Positions 48,303 through 58,636 of a stretch of DNA of 64,000 bases are shown piece after piece. The translations under genes and the position numbers were made by a program. The notes beneath the pieces are model-generated. The model was not told where the DNA came from and searched no databases. It was given only the letters and a program-made list of their open reading frames with translations. Position 1 is the stretch's first letter; every line of letters begins with the position of its first letter. Origin of the DNA: Bacteroidetes bacterium UBA7662 (GTDB lineage Bacteria > Bacteroidota > Bacteroidia > UBA7662); NCBI GenBank assembly GCA_002483345.1, contig DLHS01000003.1:8959-72958 (forward strand). Direction: 5' to 3'.

Positions 48303-49418
48303 ATGAAAAACAACATGATCATTCTGCTGCTCGGTATAGTACTGACGGCACACAACACCCCCCTCCTGGCACAATCTCAGAAACGTTCGGTAGCTGTTTT
48401 GCACATCGACACCAAAGGTCTTGGTTATGACCCTACCTCCATGGGAAATCTGGTAAGACTGGAGTTGGAAAAAATTGGCGCGTATGAGGTCGTCGACCGT
48501 TATGATGTGGACTACCTGATCAAAAAAAACCAGCTGGATGTCAGTGGCTGCTACGGCAAAATCTGTCTGGTGGAAATCGGTAAACAAATCCGGGTCGACA
48601 AAATGTTCAGCGGCTCGGTAGAACTGGTGGGTGAAAAAATCATTATCCAGCTTCGTATGGTGGATGTACAGTCTGAATCCATCGAATTGTCGAATGTCAA
48701 GGAATTCCTCAATCTACCCAAAAACATACAGGAGATGGTAAATATCACCCTGCTCGAAATGTATGGCAAACCCACCGACAAAGAAATTGAACGTGAACTG
48801 ACTGCCAAAAACGACCTTGAGAATTACCGGAATAATCCCGGCCGCTACCGCCTGCAGAACGATGGTCCGCGCATGGGTTTTACCGTCTTTACCGGCCCGG
48901 TCGTTGGTACCCTGCAGGGCAGCACCATCGATGGGGGTTATGGCTTCAACAATTCCGTGATGTTTCAGTTTGGGTATCAGTTCGAGAAACAGTACCTGAA
49001 CGAAGGTCGTTTCCAGGCACTTTTCGAATTTTTACCTATGATTACGGGTCTCGACAAACGAATGATCATCCCCAGCTTCACCCTCATGAACGGTATACGT
49101 GATAACAAAAGCGGCTGGGAGTTCGGACTCGGCCCTACCTTCAGTGTGGTGCGCTACAAAAAAGGCTTCATCGACCGTCAGGGCAACTGGTTTGATAATC
49201 GGATGGATAATATGGAGTTATACGATTCTCAGCGCTTCGACAGCAGAGGCACTCCTTACCTTAATACGGGTTTCATTCTGGCAGTAGGTAAAACCTTCCG
49301 TTCCGGCAAATTAAATGTCCCTGTGAATGCCTATTGGATCCCTGCTTCGAACGGCTCCAGATTTGGCCTGTCGTTCGGGTTTAACGCGAAAAATGACGAC
49401 CGGTATAAGGATTTGTAA
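48303..49418 (+). CDS. Hypothetical secreted protein (N-terminal LpoB/CsgG/TolB-N-like domain plus C-terminal beta-rich domain)
   Basis: Signal peptide. SVAVLHIDTKGLGYDPTSMGNLVRLELEKIGAYEVVDRYD resembles the VAVLPF...G...L..L.....G.VV.R motif of the LpoB/CsgG/TolB-N fold. Confidence 0.45.
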   Translation: MKNNMIILLLGIVLTAHNTPLLAQSQKRSVAVLHIDTKGLGYDPTSMGNLVRLELEKIGAYEVVDRYDVDYLIKKNQLDVSGCYGKICLVEIGKQIRVDKMFSGSVELVGEKIIIQLRMVDVQSESIELSNVKEFLNLPKNIQEMVNITLLEMYGKPTDKEIERELTAKNDLENYRNNPGRYRLQNDGPRMGFTVFTGPVVGTLQGSTIDGGYGFNNSVMFQFGYQFEKQYLNEGRFQALFEFLPMITGLDKRMIIPSFTLMNGIRDNKSGWEFGLGPTFSVVRYKKGFIDRQGNWFDNRMDNMELYDSQRFDSRGTPYLNTGFILAVGKTFRSGKLNVPVNAYWIPASNGSRFGLSFGFNAKNDDRYKDL

Positions 49419-49454
49419 GGGATAGAATCTGTCATTATCTTCTTTATCGAAAAG

Positions 49455-49486
49455 CAAAAAGCCTTAGATTTCTCTAAGGCTTTTTT
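49455..49486. terminator. Bidirectional rho-independent terminator (A-run, GCCTTAGA-TTTC-TCTAAGGC, T-run)
   Basis: Serves the + gene ending at 49418 and the minus-strand tRNA-Asp ending at 49488. Confidence 0.7.
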
Positions 49487-49487
49487 G

Positions 49488-49561
49488 CGGTCCGGACGGG
49501 ACTCGAACCCGCGACCCCATGCGTGACAGGCATGTATTCTAACCAACTGAACTACCGAACC
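49488..49561 (-). tRNA. tRNA-Asp (anticodon GUC)
   Basis: Reverse complement GGTTCGGTAGTTCAGTTGGTTAGAATACATGCCTGTCACGCATGGGGTCGCGGGTTCGAGTCCCGTCCGGACCG folds as a cloverleaf. It has a 7-bp acceptor stem, a D-arm AGTTCAGTTGGTTAGAAT, anticodon loop CTGTCAC and a T-loop GTTCGAGTC. Confidence 0.9.
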
Positions 49562-49612
49562 TTTGTGCTCATTGGGACTGCAAATATAAAGCTGCAAAGT
49601 ACTTTTGCAACC

Positions 49613-49648
49613 CTGAAACAAAAAAAATCCCCGCTTTTCAGCGGGGAT
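49613..49648 (-). terminator. Rho-independent terminator of the 49669-50409 lipoprotein gene
   Basis: On the minus strand, ATCCCCGC-TGAAAA-GCGGGGAT is followed by TTTTTTTT. Confidence 0.7.
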
Positions 49649-49668
49649 TCGGCTTCTAACCACAGCAA

Positions 49669-50409
49669 CTAGTTGATAGTGACTGTTTTCGTTTTTACAA
49701 CCTCCATGATGCGGTAGATTTTTTTACCATTGAAGTTGTTAGACTCAACCTGATAAGGCGTAACCTGTATCATGCCTGTACCGGCACCTACACTGGCCAT
49801 CTGGGCAGCCGTGAAGTTGCAGGTGGTCTGATTACCGGCTACTGTTTTGGTTACATAGCTGCTGCCTCCAACGACCATACAGATGATGCTGTCGGCATTG
49901 GATACGTTACCCCAGCTCATGACATAGGCAGCGGAGGTGCTGGGTGCAGCACTGGTGATGGCCCAGCTGCTGCCTGGAAAATTCTGCGCAAAAGTAGATA
50001 CTGCAGGGAAAGTTCCTGCACCGGCTACCTCCCAGGGAGTGCCATTCATCCAGTCGATACCACTTGGGTTGGTGACTGAAATAGTGCTGGTGTAAACGTT
50101 GTTGTTGTTTGTCAAGGCCTGACCATCAACTGTCACTGTGCCTACATTGGCCATGGTTGTAAAATTACCGGTGGTATTGGTAAAGAAGGCCGATGCCAGT
50201 CCTACAGGCACATCAATTGGGCCAATAGGGGTTTCGGTGGTGGTAACAGATTCAATGCTTACCAGAACGCCGTCTGCGTCATTGAAATAAAGTGCGGTAT
50301 TGGGGTCACCGGTAACGGGTGTGGGAGCAGGTGTCGGAGCTTCCTCTTCTTTTTTGCAAGAAGACAGCAATACAACACAACAAGCGAAGAGCAACAGGGA
50401 TTTTTTCAT
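49669..50409 (-). CDS. Hypothetical lipoprotein with a Pro/Thr-rich linker
   Basis: MKKSLLLFACCVVLLSSC lipobox followed by EEEAPTPAPTPVTG linker and a beta-rich body. Confidence 0.5.
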   Translation of the reverse strand: MKKSLLLFACCVVLLSSCKKEEEAPTPAPTPVTGDPNTALYFNDADGVLVSIESVTTTETPIGPIDVPVGLASAFFTNTTGNFTTMANVGTVTVDGQALTNNNNVYTSTISVTNPSGIDWMNGTPWEVAGAGTFPAVSTFAQNFPGSSWAITSAAPSTSAAYVMSWGNVSNADSIICMVVGGSSYVTKTVAGNQTTCNFTAAQMASVGAGTGMIQVTPYQVESNNFNGKKIYRIMEVVKTKTVTIN

Positions 50410-50497
50410 AGGTTTAATTTTATGGCAAGATCACGCCAAATTACCCCTTGTACAATCCCATCACTGGGGCATTTCCTATACCCTCCGGAGGGTAGCT

Positions 50498-51046
50498 TCA
50501 GAAAATATCCGCTTCTATCTTGATAGCACTGTTGATCCGCAGATTGATCTGATTGCTGTTCAATTCCCGGTTGATGGTTTCAACCCGAAGTGCAAATTTT
50601 TCCTTTTTTACATATTCCTGCAGATCTACACTTTCATCTACAGTAAGGGTAAGTGAACGCAGTCCGGTTTGCGGAATCTCTTCCAGAAAGGCGATGCGTT
50701 TTTCCGGCAAACCGTCGGCTGACAGATAGATGCGAATGGTACGTAAAAAGTCAAAATCTGCGGAGCCTGGCGATTGGATATTTATTTGCAGACTTTCCAT
50801 AAAAGCTGATCTGACCAGCGATGCATCGGTATTATTTGCCTGAAACTCCTGAGCAGAATTGGTTTGAATGTCAGGAGTTGCAACATTGATGGGCAGGTTG
50901 ATCAGGGTACTGCTGGGGATGGTGGCATAGGTCTCCTGCCGTATGGTGAAACGGGTCAGTTCCCTTATTTTCTTACAAGCCGGCAAACTGACAGCGACCA
51001 TGAGGCCTATGATGAAGTAACTAATAATTATACGGTGCTTATACAT
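50498..51046 (-). CDS. Hypothetical lipoprotein
   Basis: MYKHRIIISYFIIGLMVAVSLPAC lipobox. 8-nt overlap with the upstream histidine kinase gene. Confidence 0.45.
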   Translation of the reverse strand: MYKHRIIISYFIIGLMVAVSLPACKKIRELTRFTIRQETYATIPSSTLINLPINVATPDIQTNSAQEFQANNTDASLVRSAFMESLQINIQSPGSADFDFLRTIRIYLSADGLPEKRIAFLEEIPQTGLRSLTLTVDESVDLQEYVKKEKFALRVETINRELNSNQINLRINSAIKIEADIF

Positions 51047-52229
51047 CCTGATTCCTTAAGGTGAAAATCATATTTGTTCCTTCGTTTACGGCACTTTCAA
51101 TGGTCAGCGCCCCATCGTGCCGCACAATAAATTCCCTGGAAAGCAACAAGCCAACGCCTGCTCCTCTTTCTTTAGCGGTACCACGGGTGCTGAAACGGTG
51201 CTCCCATTGCATCAGCTTTGGCAAATCCTGCGGAGAGATGCCGCAACCGGTGTCCTGTACATACAACCTTACGCCGTCCTCCATCTCACTGCCGCCTATG
51301 GTTATCCGGCCACTGGCAGTAAATTTAAGGGCATTGGTCAAAAGATTGCGTAATACAAAAGTAACCATTTGTCTGTCAAGATTTCCTTTAAGGTCTGGCG
51401 CTACCTTATTAACCAACTGCAGTCCTTTGCTTTTAGCCTTCACTTCATGATCTGCCAGCAGTGACGCAACCAAAGGCCGGAGATAGACTGTTTCAGGATA
51501 AAACCCGCCTTCTTTCTGCATGGATCCTGCCCAGCTGAGCATGTTTTCAAGCAATTCACGGCCATTCCCCACCAGCTTGAGCGCATCGGTCAGAATTTCC
51601 TTTAGCTCCTGTGTGTCCGTTTCTGTCGGGTCAATGAACTCCAGCAGTACCTGCAGGCTACTGAGCGGGCCGCGCACATCGTGTGCGATTACTGACAACA
51701 TTTTATTCTGTATATGCGATAACCGGTTCAGTTCATCATTCTGCAACCTGGTTTCCAGCTGTTTTACGACTTGTCTGCCCAGGGTGGCTATGGCTTTTTT
51801 CTGAAGATCGGTAAGCTTGCGTGGCACCCTGTCAATCACACAGAGTGTCCCCAGTTTGAAACCCTCCGGGTTTACCAGGGGCATACCAGCATAAAAACGG
51901 ATGTTGGGATCACCGGTAACAAGTGGGTTGTCGAAAAAACGTTCGTCCTGTTGCGCATCTTCTATTTCCATAATCGCTTCATCATGGATGGCATGTGCAC
52001 AAAAAGAGGTATCTCTGGGAGTACCAGGCAATGAAAGGCCAATTTTGGCCTTAAACCATTGCCTGTCGTCGTCAATCAGCGTTATCAGGGAAATCGGCAC
52101 CTCACATATTTCTGAAGCCAGCTGTACCAGTTCATCATATTCAAGCTCAGGGTCAGTATCGAGTACTTTGTATTGGCGAAGTGCCTGGAGTCGCTCTTTT
52201 TCATTGCCTGGTTTGGGCGCTGCAATCAT
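51039..52229 (-). CDS. GAF-domain sensor histidine kinase (no cognate response regulator in the window)
   Basis: N-terminal GAF domain, H-box SVIAHDVRGPL, HATPase_c N/G1/G2 boxes (LRNLLTNALKF, QDTGCGI, GAGVGL). Confidence 0.85.
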   Translation of the reverse strand: MIAAPKPGNEKERLQALRQYKVLDTDPELEYDELVQLASEICEVPISLITLIDDDRQWFKAKIGLSLPGTPRDTSFCAHAIHDEAIMEIEDAQQDERFFDNPLVTGDPNIRFYAGMPLVNPEGFKLGTLCVIDRVPRKLTDLQKKAIATLGRQVVKQLETRLQNDELNRLSHIQNKMLSVIAHDVRGPLSSLQVLLEFIDPTETDTQELKEILTDALKLVGNGRELLENMLSWAGSMQKEGGFYPETVYLRPLVASLLADHEVKAKSKGLQLVNKVAPDLKGNLDRQMVTFVLRNLLTNALKFTASGRITIGGSEMEDGVRLYVQDTGCGISPQDLPKLMQWEHRFSTRGTAKERGAGVGLLLSREFIVRHDGALTIESAVNEGTNMIFTLRNQDV

Positions 52230-52516
52230 ATGGTAAGTTTTGATAGTTCAGGGGATATTTATACTTACGATAAAAATATTTATTCGGTTCTAAAGGTAGA
52301 TGAATTTGGTCTTTGCCCTATATGTCAGGTCCATTCAGGCTGTTTTTTGCCTTTGATGAGATTAAAACGCTGCCCTTACTGCACGGTACTTTGAGTCCAC
52401 TGCCGGCTATACAGCCTTACCATCGCGGGTGAAGTCGACCCTGCTTCCCCCCTTCGCATGAAATCTCACGGTCGAAATAAGCCAGAATGTCTATATTCGC
52501 AGGTCAAAGTAAGCTT

Positions 52517-53467
52517 ATGATTTTCCTCGATTTCGAAAAGCCCATACAGGAGTTATATCAGGAACTGGAAAAGCTCCAGGAAATCCAAGAGAAGGGCAAA
52601 TCAGATGTTTCGGCATCGATTGCAGCCCTGGAAAAACAGATACTCGAAGAGAAAACCAAACTTTACACTGGGCTCACCGGCTGGCAGAAAGTACAGGTTT
52701 CGCGTCACATGGAGCGTCCCTACACGCTTTATTATGTGAACCAGATGTGCAGCGACTTCATGGAGCTTTATGGTGATCGTAATATCCGTGACGACAAAGC
52801 CATTGTAGGTGGTTTTGCCAGCCTGGAAGGCCGTACTGTCATGTTTATTGGCCACCAGAAGGGCATCAATACCAAAATGCGACAATACCGCAACTTCGGG
52901 ATGGCCAACCCGGAAGGTTACCGGAAGGCACTCCGGCTGATGAAAATGGCTGAGAAATTCAATAAACCAATTGTCACCTTTATAGATACACCCGGTGCCT
53001 ATCCCGGCATTGAAGGGGAAGAACGCGGACAGGCTGAAGCCATTGCCCGCAACATACGGGATATGTTTATGCTGAAGGTACCGGTGATTTGTATCATCGT
53101 GGGAGAAGGTGCTTCTGGCGGCGCGATTGGTATAGGCGTAGGCGACCGTGTATTTATGCTGGCCAACACCTGGTATTCGGTTATTTCACCTGAATCCTGC
53201 TCTTCTATCCTGTGGCGCAGCTGGGATTACAAAGAAACCGCTGCAGAAGCCCTCAAGCTTACTGCCGACCACATGCTCGCCAATGGATTAATTGACGGAA
53301 TCATAGAAGAACCTATCGGCGGTGCTCATGCTGAGCCTGAAGCCATGGCTGCCATACTCAAGGCAAAACTCATCAGCACCCTCGACGAACTCGAAAAACA
53401 AACTCCTGATGCACGTATCACCAGCCGGATTGATAAGTTCTGCCGGATGGGCGTGATTAATGAATAA
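52517..53467 (+). CDS. accA: Acetyl-CoA carboxylase carboxyltransferase subunit alpha
   Basis: [13 protein letters not shown] start region. Carboxyltransferase motifs [20 protein letters not shown]. Confidence 0.9.
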   Translation: MIFLDFEKPIQELYQELEKLQEIQEKGKSDVSASIAALEKQILEEKTKLYTGLTGWQKVQVSRHMERPYTLYYVNQMCSDFMELYGDRNIRDDKAIVGGFASLEGRTVMFIGHQKGINTKMRQYRNFGMANPEGYRKALRLMKMAEKFNKPIVTFIDTPGAYPGIEGEERGQAEAIARNIRDMFMLKVPVICIIVGEGASGGAIGIGVGDRVFMLANTWYSVISPESCSSILWRSWDYKETAAEALKLTADHMLANGLIDGIIEEPIGGAHAEPEAMAAILKAKLISTLDELEKQTPDARITSRIDKFCRMGVINE

Positions 53468-53479
53468 TGTTCTTTAAAT

Positions 53480-53808
53480 GGGTAAAACGGATTAAACGGT
53501 AAAACGGGTTAAACGGTAAAACGGATTAAACGGTAAAACGGATTAAACGGGTAAAATGGCTAAACGGGTTAAACGGGGTCGCCTGGCGGCTAATCGTGTA
53601 GGGATGCGTGTTTGACAACCCTTTCGTACACCACTCCTCCTTGCGGTTAACCCCTCATCCCGAACCTGATTATCCCCATTTAATCCAAAACACCATTTAA
53701 ATGTTTCCCCTTTTGCCCTTTTACCGTTTAGCCATTGCCATTTAACCCGTTTTACCGTTTAATCCGTTTAACCCGTTTAGCCATTTTACCCTTTTACCCC
53801 TTTACCCT
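53480..53808. repeat. Large imperfect inverted repeat: ~100-bp arms built from tandem GGTAAAACGG(A/G)TTAAAC units flanking a ~120-bp unique core
   Basis: Left arm 53480-53577 (six tandem units) and right arm 53715-53808 (reverse-complement units CCGTTTAACCCGTTTTACC...). Fills the convergent accA/lipoprotein intergenic region. Confidence 0.75.
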
Positions 53809-53835
53809 AAAAAAAACCAGATCGCCAGCCCGATG

Positions 53836-55158
53836 TTATCTGTTAAACAGAAACTTTACATCCAGCAGCTTACCATTGGCGGGCAGTGTTAACGGCACCC
53901 CATTCACGGGCTCAATCCTGATGACAGATGGAGAAATGTGGCCGTCGTAATGCACCAACCAGTTCAGGCGTGCATCTGAAACGGTTGCGGTTTCTTTATT
54001 CATATGCGTGGTAAGCAGATTACCCTCAAGGGCGTAGGTATATGCCTGATCAGTGGCCAGCAGATTGAATCTGGAAGAATTGAGGTAGCCGTCTTTCATG
54101 ACTCTTTCAATTTTCTCCGTTTCCGGTAATTCCCTTACAGTAACCAGTAAATTGCTGCTGAAGTAGTATCGGATAATTACCCCGCGCTGTCCCCTGTTTC
54201 CGAAAAAAATCAGGCTGTTTTCGCTTTCCTCCACCACATGTACCGGCTCAAAATCAACAGAACGGCTGATGATTACGCCTTTATTTACCGGATGTATCAT
54301 TTTAAGATGGTATTGTTCCGGGTTGCTCCTTTGCTGCTCCACAAGCAGCAAATGATCAGGAAGCCGGTGTACAAAAACGGGGGTAGCCGTGGATGGACTC
54401 TGATACTGAAAAACCTGCTGCAGATTGCGAGAAAAACCAAGTATCAGGCCACTTTCGAGTGCCGCGTATACCATGTCTCCGTCTGCTGAATGTACAGACG
54501 CCACAGCTGTCTGAGAAGGAGAAACAGGGACTGTCCTCACCTGATCCATGGCGGGAAGATCCAGCACCCTGAGGCTCGCCTGACTCGCAGGAAAACCTAC
54601 AAAAGAACCTCCGGCTGCCAACGCCGCACCACCTGCATAATTACCGGCCAGCACATGTGTCTGAATACTGAAATCAGGCCTTACCAGGGTAGCCTGACAA
54701 ACATTCCCCTCCTGGCTGATCACAATCATTGCCTTGAATGCCAGCGGTGTCTCTGTGAGACTGACCGGCAGAAATTTCCGGGCTTCAGACTCACCATTAG
54801 AAGCGGTAAAGACCACATAATAATCACCCGACCTTAGTAAATCGCTGGTTACGGCGAGTCGGAGTTCCTGCATGGTGACTGTTTCACCCTGCAGGGTAAC
54901 TTCGTGGACCGGACCTACCCGGTTAAAACCGGCATCCACGAGTGAAAGACTCAGATACCGGAGGCCGGCAGGATCGTTCGCCTTTACTGTAAGTGCAAGT
55001 GTATCCGGTAATTGCATGGCCAGCGATGTGGCTTCCGTTACAAATTGCAGTTGTGGCGGGCTGAGGGGACCGGTATCTTTTTTACAGGCGGTTGCTGATA
55101 AAATCAGCAAGCCTGCCCAAAGCAAGCCGTGCTTCAATAAATTTGTAGATTGGCTCAT
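53836..55158 (-). CDS. Hypothetical lipoprotein (440 aa)
   Basis: Signal plus lipobox LLILSATAC. No recognisable catalytic motif. Divergent from ligA. Confidence 0.5.
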   Translation of the reverse strand: MSQSTNLLKHGLLWAGLLILSATACKKDTGPLSPPQLQFVTEATSLAMQLPDTLALTVKANDPAGLRYLSLSLVDAGFNRVGPVHEVTLQGETVTMQELRLAVTSDLLRSGDYYVVFTASNGESEARKFLPVSLTETPLAFKAMIVISQEGNVCQATLVRPDFSIQTHVLAGNYAGGAALAAGGSFVGFPASQASLRVLDLPAMDQVRTVPVSPSQTAVASVHSADGDMVYAALESGLILGFSRNLQQVFQYQSPSTATPVFVHRLPDHLLLVEQQRSNPEQYHLKMIHPVNKGVIISRSVDFEPVHVVEESENSLIFFGNRGQRGVIIRYYFSSNLLVTVRELPETEKIERVMKDGYLNSSRFNLLATDQAYTYALEGNLLTTHMNKETATVSDARLNWLVHYDGHISPSVIRIEPVNGVPLTLPANGKLLDVKFLFNR

Positions 55159-55173
55159 GTACTAAGATACAAA

Positions 55174-57198
55174 ATGGCAGATAAAAAAACACAAAGCGAT
55201 ATAGATGTCCGGGCGCAAATAGATGCACTGACCTTGGAACTGGAACAGCATAACTACCAATACTATGTGCTCGACCGGCCGACCATCAGCGATCAGGCGT
55301 TTGATATGCTGTTGAAAAGACTGGAAAAGCTTGAATCCGAGTATCCGCAATTCAGGCATCCTGACTCCCCTACACAACGGGTAGGGGGTGCTCCGATTAA
55401 AAAGTTTACATCTGTCAGACACAAATATCCCATGCTTTCGCTGGGAAATACCTATTCTGAGGCCGATTTGACAGAATTCGACCAACGCATACAGAAAACC
55501 CTTGAACAGCCTTACAGCTACGTAGGTGAGTTGAAATTTGATGGTGTAGCCATCAGTCTGACCTATGAAAAGGGCAAACTGATCCAGGCTGTGACCCGGG
55601 GAGACGGACAAACCGGTGACATTGTCACAGACAATATACGCACCATCCGTTCCATTCCGCTGCGGTTGCAAGGCAGTGGCTACCCCGATCTGTTCGAAAT
55701 CCGTGGGGAGGTCTTTATCCATCGCAAAGACTTTGAAGCCTTGAATGAACAACGTCTGGAGGCCGGAGAAGAGCCCTATGCCAATCCACGGAACTTTGCT
55801 TCAGGAACCCTGAAACTACTCAATTCCAAAGAGGTCAGCAAACGTAAACTCGACTGCTTCCTCTATTATATGAACATGGACGAAGTCCTTTTCGCTACCC
55901 ACAGCGAGAGTCTGGCGGCTGCCAAAAGCTGGGGTTTTAAGATATGTGAACACAGCACTGCACCAACCAACCTGACCGGTATACTGAACTTTATCCACCA
56001 CTGGGAAAACGCCCGCGACCAACTTTCTTTCGATATTGACGGCATCGTGCTGAAGATTGATAATTACAAGCAAAGAGACGAGCTTGGCTTCACGGCCAAA
56101 AATCCACGCTGGGCCATCTCTTACAAATACAAACCCAAAAGTGCGAGTACCTTGCTCGAAACAATCGGCTATCAGGTAGGCCGCACCGGTGCTGTAACAC
56201 CAGTAGCCCACCTCAGGCCTGTGCTGCTGGCAGGTACGGTCGTAAAACGTGCTTCCCTCTACAATGCCGATGAAATTGAACGCCTTGACTTACATGAGGG
56301 TGATACTGTTTTTGTAGAAAAAGGAGGAGAAATCATCCCCAAAGTGACAGCAGTAGATCTGACCAAACGTTTACCCGGCTCCAGGTCATATTCCTATATT
56401 CCTGTTTGTCCGGACTGTGGCACTGCCCTGGTAAGGCGTGAAGGGGAGGCCATACACTATTGTCCCAATGAAAGTGGCTGCCCTCCCCAGCAACTGGGAA
56501 AGCTGGAGCACTTTGTAGCCCGCAAGGCCATGGACATACAGGCCATCGGCAAAGAAACGCTGCAACAGTTTGTACAGGCTGGTTTAATCAGAAATTACGC
56601 CGACCTCTATCTGCTTAAAGCCGATCAACTGGCAGGTTTGGAGCGTATGGGTGAAAAGACGATCCAAAACATTCTCCAGGGTATTGAAGCGTCGAAAAAG
56701 ATCCCTTATGAAAGGGTACTGTTTGCTCTTGGTATCAGACTTGTAGGTGAAACAGTGGCTAAAACCCTGGCGAGGGAGTTTAACAGCACCGATGCCCTGG
56801 CTGCGGCAACTTTTGAAGAACTTACAGCCATTCATGAAATCGGTGACCGGATTGCACAAAATGTCGTTGCCTGGTTTCAGGAGGATGCCAACAAAACCAG
56901 CTTAGCCATTCTGCAGGAAGCCGGTGTTCAGCTTTCCGGTTCCTATGAGAAAACAGCAAATATAAGTGAGGCCCTGTCGGGTAAAAACTTTGTGGTGAGC
57001 GGTGTATTTGAGCGGTATGAAAGAGATGCCCTCAAAAAACTTATTGAATCACATGGCGGCAAGGTACAAAGTGGTGTCAACGCCAAAACCGATTTCGTGG
57101 TTGCCGGAGCTAATATGGGGCCCAGTAAACTTGCCAAAGCAGAGGCGTTGAAAATAACCATACTTGACGAGCCAGCCTTTGAAGCCCTCCTGCCATGA
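55174..57198 (+). CDS. ligA: NAD-dependent DNA ligase
   Basis: Adenylation motif KFDGVAISL (KxDG), four-Cys zinc finger CPDCGTALVRREGEAIHYCPN, HhH region and C-terminal BRCT. Confidence 0.95.
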   Translation: MADKKTQSDIDVRAQIDALTLELEQHNYQYYVLDRPTISDQAFDMLLKRLEKLESEYPQFRHPDSPTQRVGGAPIKKFTSVRHKYPMLSLGNTYSEADLTEFDQRIQKTLEQPYSYVGELKFDGVAISLTYEKGKLIQAVTRGDGQTGDIVTDNIRTIRSIPLRLQGSGYPDLFEIRGEVFIHRKDFEALNEQRLEAGEEPYANPRNFASGTLKLLNSKEVSKRKLDCFLYYMNMDEVLFATHSESLAAAKSWGFKICEHSTAPTNLTGILNFIHHWENARDQLSFDIDGIVLKIDNYKQRDELGFTAKNPRWAISYKYKPKSASTLLETIGYQVGRTGAVTPVAHLRPVLLAGTVVKRASLYNADEIERLDLHEGDTVFVEKGGEIIPKVTAVDLTKRLPGSRSYSYIPVCPDCGTALVRREGEAIHYCPNESGCPPQQLGKLEHFVARKAMDIQAIGKETLQQFVQAGLIRNYADLYLLKADQLAGLERMGEKTIQNILQGIEASKKIPYERVLFALGIRLVGETVAKTLAREFNSTDALAAATFEELTAIHEIGDRIAQNVVAWFQEDANKTSLAILQEAGVQLSGSYEKTANISEALSGKNFVVSGVFERYERDALKKLIESHGGKVQSGVNAKTDFVVAGANMGPSKLAKAEALKITILDEPAFEALLP

Positions 57199-57731
57199 TA
57201 TATCCTTTACGCATTCGTAACTGGCTTTGGAAACGGTCCATGCAGCAATTGGTGCAAAGTCAACGGCACCCTACGCTGCCGGAAGGATTTTCACCAAAAC
57301 GTTGTATCCTGCTCTATCCTGCCGATGATGCAGCCTGGAGCCTGCTGGTAACACAAAAACATCCCTTGTGGTCGGATGGACAGCGCGACTTTGCCTTCAT
57401 TGGTTATCTGCCTGGTAAACACAAAGAACTGCCTCAGGGCCTGCCACCTTTCCACCTGCTTCTGGATACGGATCTGGAGCAGGATTTCAGCTCAGCTAAA
57501 ACATGGCTGCAACGTTGGCAACAGCCTGCTGATTTGCTGTTGATTGCCAATCCCGCTGCTTCCAGGCCACTTCTGCATCTCTCCGCCAGATTACCGGCAA
57601 TTTTCAGAGGCAGTCTATATGAAACAGAATTTGGCGAACTTTACCAACTCATATTATCGTCGGGTGCCGAAAAACCCGCTGAGCGACTTGACGAACTTTT
57701 ACACTATCTCCAAAAAATAATGAAGCTATGA
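57195..57731 (+). CDS. Hypothetical protein translationally coupled to ligA and dapA
   Basis: 4-nt overlaps on both sides (ATGA). Trp/Gln/Leu-rich, no known motif. Confidence 0.45.
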   Translation: MIYPLRIRNWLWKRSMQQLVQSQRHPTLPEGFSPKRCILLYPADDAAWSLLVTQKHPLWSDGQRDFAFIGYLPGKHKELPQGLPPFHLLLDTDLEQDFSSAKTWLQRWQQPADLLLIANPAASRPLLHLSARLPAIFRGSLYETEFGELYQLILSSGAEKPAERLDELLHYLQKIMKL

Positions 57732-58606
57732 ATTTCAATTACAGCGGCACCGGCGTCGCACTGGTCACTCCTTTTCATCCTGATGGCAAAATAGACTTCG
57801 TTTCCCTGAAAAAGGTGGTAAATCATGTGGTTGCCGGAGAGGTCGATTTTCTGGTCGCGCTGGGCACCACAGGAGAAACCCCTGCACTGAGCAAACACGA
57901 CCGTATGGAGGTCACACAGGCGATACTGGAAGCCAATGCCGGCCGTAAACCAGTAGTTCTGGGCATGGGAGGCAACGACACAGCAGAGTTGCTCGACTAC
58001 CTCCAGGCTTTTGATATGAAAGGCATCAGTGCCTTGCTGTCGGTTACCCCCTACTACAACAAACCCAGCCAGGAGGGCCTCTACCAGCATTACAAAGCCA
58101 TGCTGAGCGCTACCGACCTTCCTGTTATCCTTTACAATGTCCCTCCCCGTACGGCCTGTAACCTGAAGGCAGAGACCACGCTCCGGCTGGCCAATGATTT
58201 CAAACAGATTGTGGCTATAAAAGAAGCCAGTGGTGATATGCAACAGATAATGCAGATACTGATGCAACGCCCGCAGGGTTTCAAAGTGCTTTCAGGAGAT
58301 GATCTGCTCACCCTGCCTATGATCAGTCTGGGGGCGGAGGGTGTAATTTCCGTGATTGGCAATGCCTACCCGAAAACCTTCAGCGATATGACCCGTGCTG
58401 CCCTGGCAGGTAACTGGGAGGAGGCCCGTCGTTTGCATTACGGTTTGCTGCCGATGATGCATTTAATTGTCGAGGAAGGCAATCCAACCGGCGTTAAAGC
58501 GGCCATGCACGTACAAGGTCTGTTGCAAAACGAACTGCGTCTGCCCCTGATTGCCTCCAGCAGCTCATTGCTCAGCCGGATACAAGCTGCCCACAGCAAA
58601 TACTGA
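57728..58606 (+). CDS. dapA: 4-hydroxy-tetrahydrodipicolinate synthase
   Basis: GTTGE motif (ALGTTGETPALS) and the Schiff-base lysine region (VAIKEASGD). Confidence 0.9.
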   Translation: MNFNYSGTGVALVTPFHPDGKIDFVSLKKVVNHVVAGEVDFLVALGTTGETPALSKHDRMEVTQAILEANAGRKPVVLGMGGNDTAELLDYLQAFDMKGISALLSVTPYYNKPSQEGLYQHYKAMLSATDLPVILYNVPPRTACNLKAETTLRLANDFKQIVAIKEASGDMQQIMQILMQRPQGFKVLSGDDLLTLPMISLGAEGVISVIGNAYPKTFSDMTRAALAGNWEEARRLHYGLLPMMHLIVEEGNPTGVKAAMHVQGLLQNELRLPLIASSSSLLSRIQAAHSKY

Positions 58607-58636
58607 GCAGTTGATACTTTTTGGTATAAAACAAGA

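Noticed and set aside
53480-53808. Possible CRISPR array
   Set aside because: The 17-bp units are contiguous, with no unique spacers of 25-40 bp. The two sides are reverse complements of each other and there are no cas genes nearby.
55150-55173. ligA start at 55150 (MAHVLRYK...)
   Set aside because: It would overlap the divergent lipoprotein gene start (55158). The ATG at 55174 (MADKKTQ...) is preferred, though the earlier start cannot be excluded.
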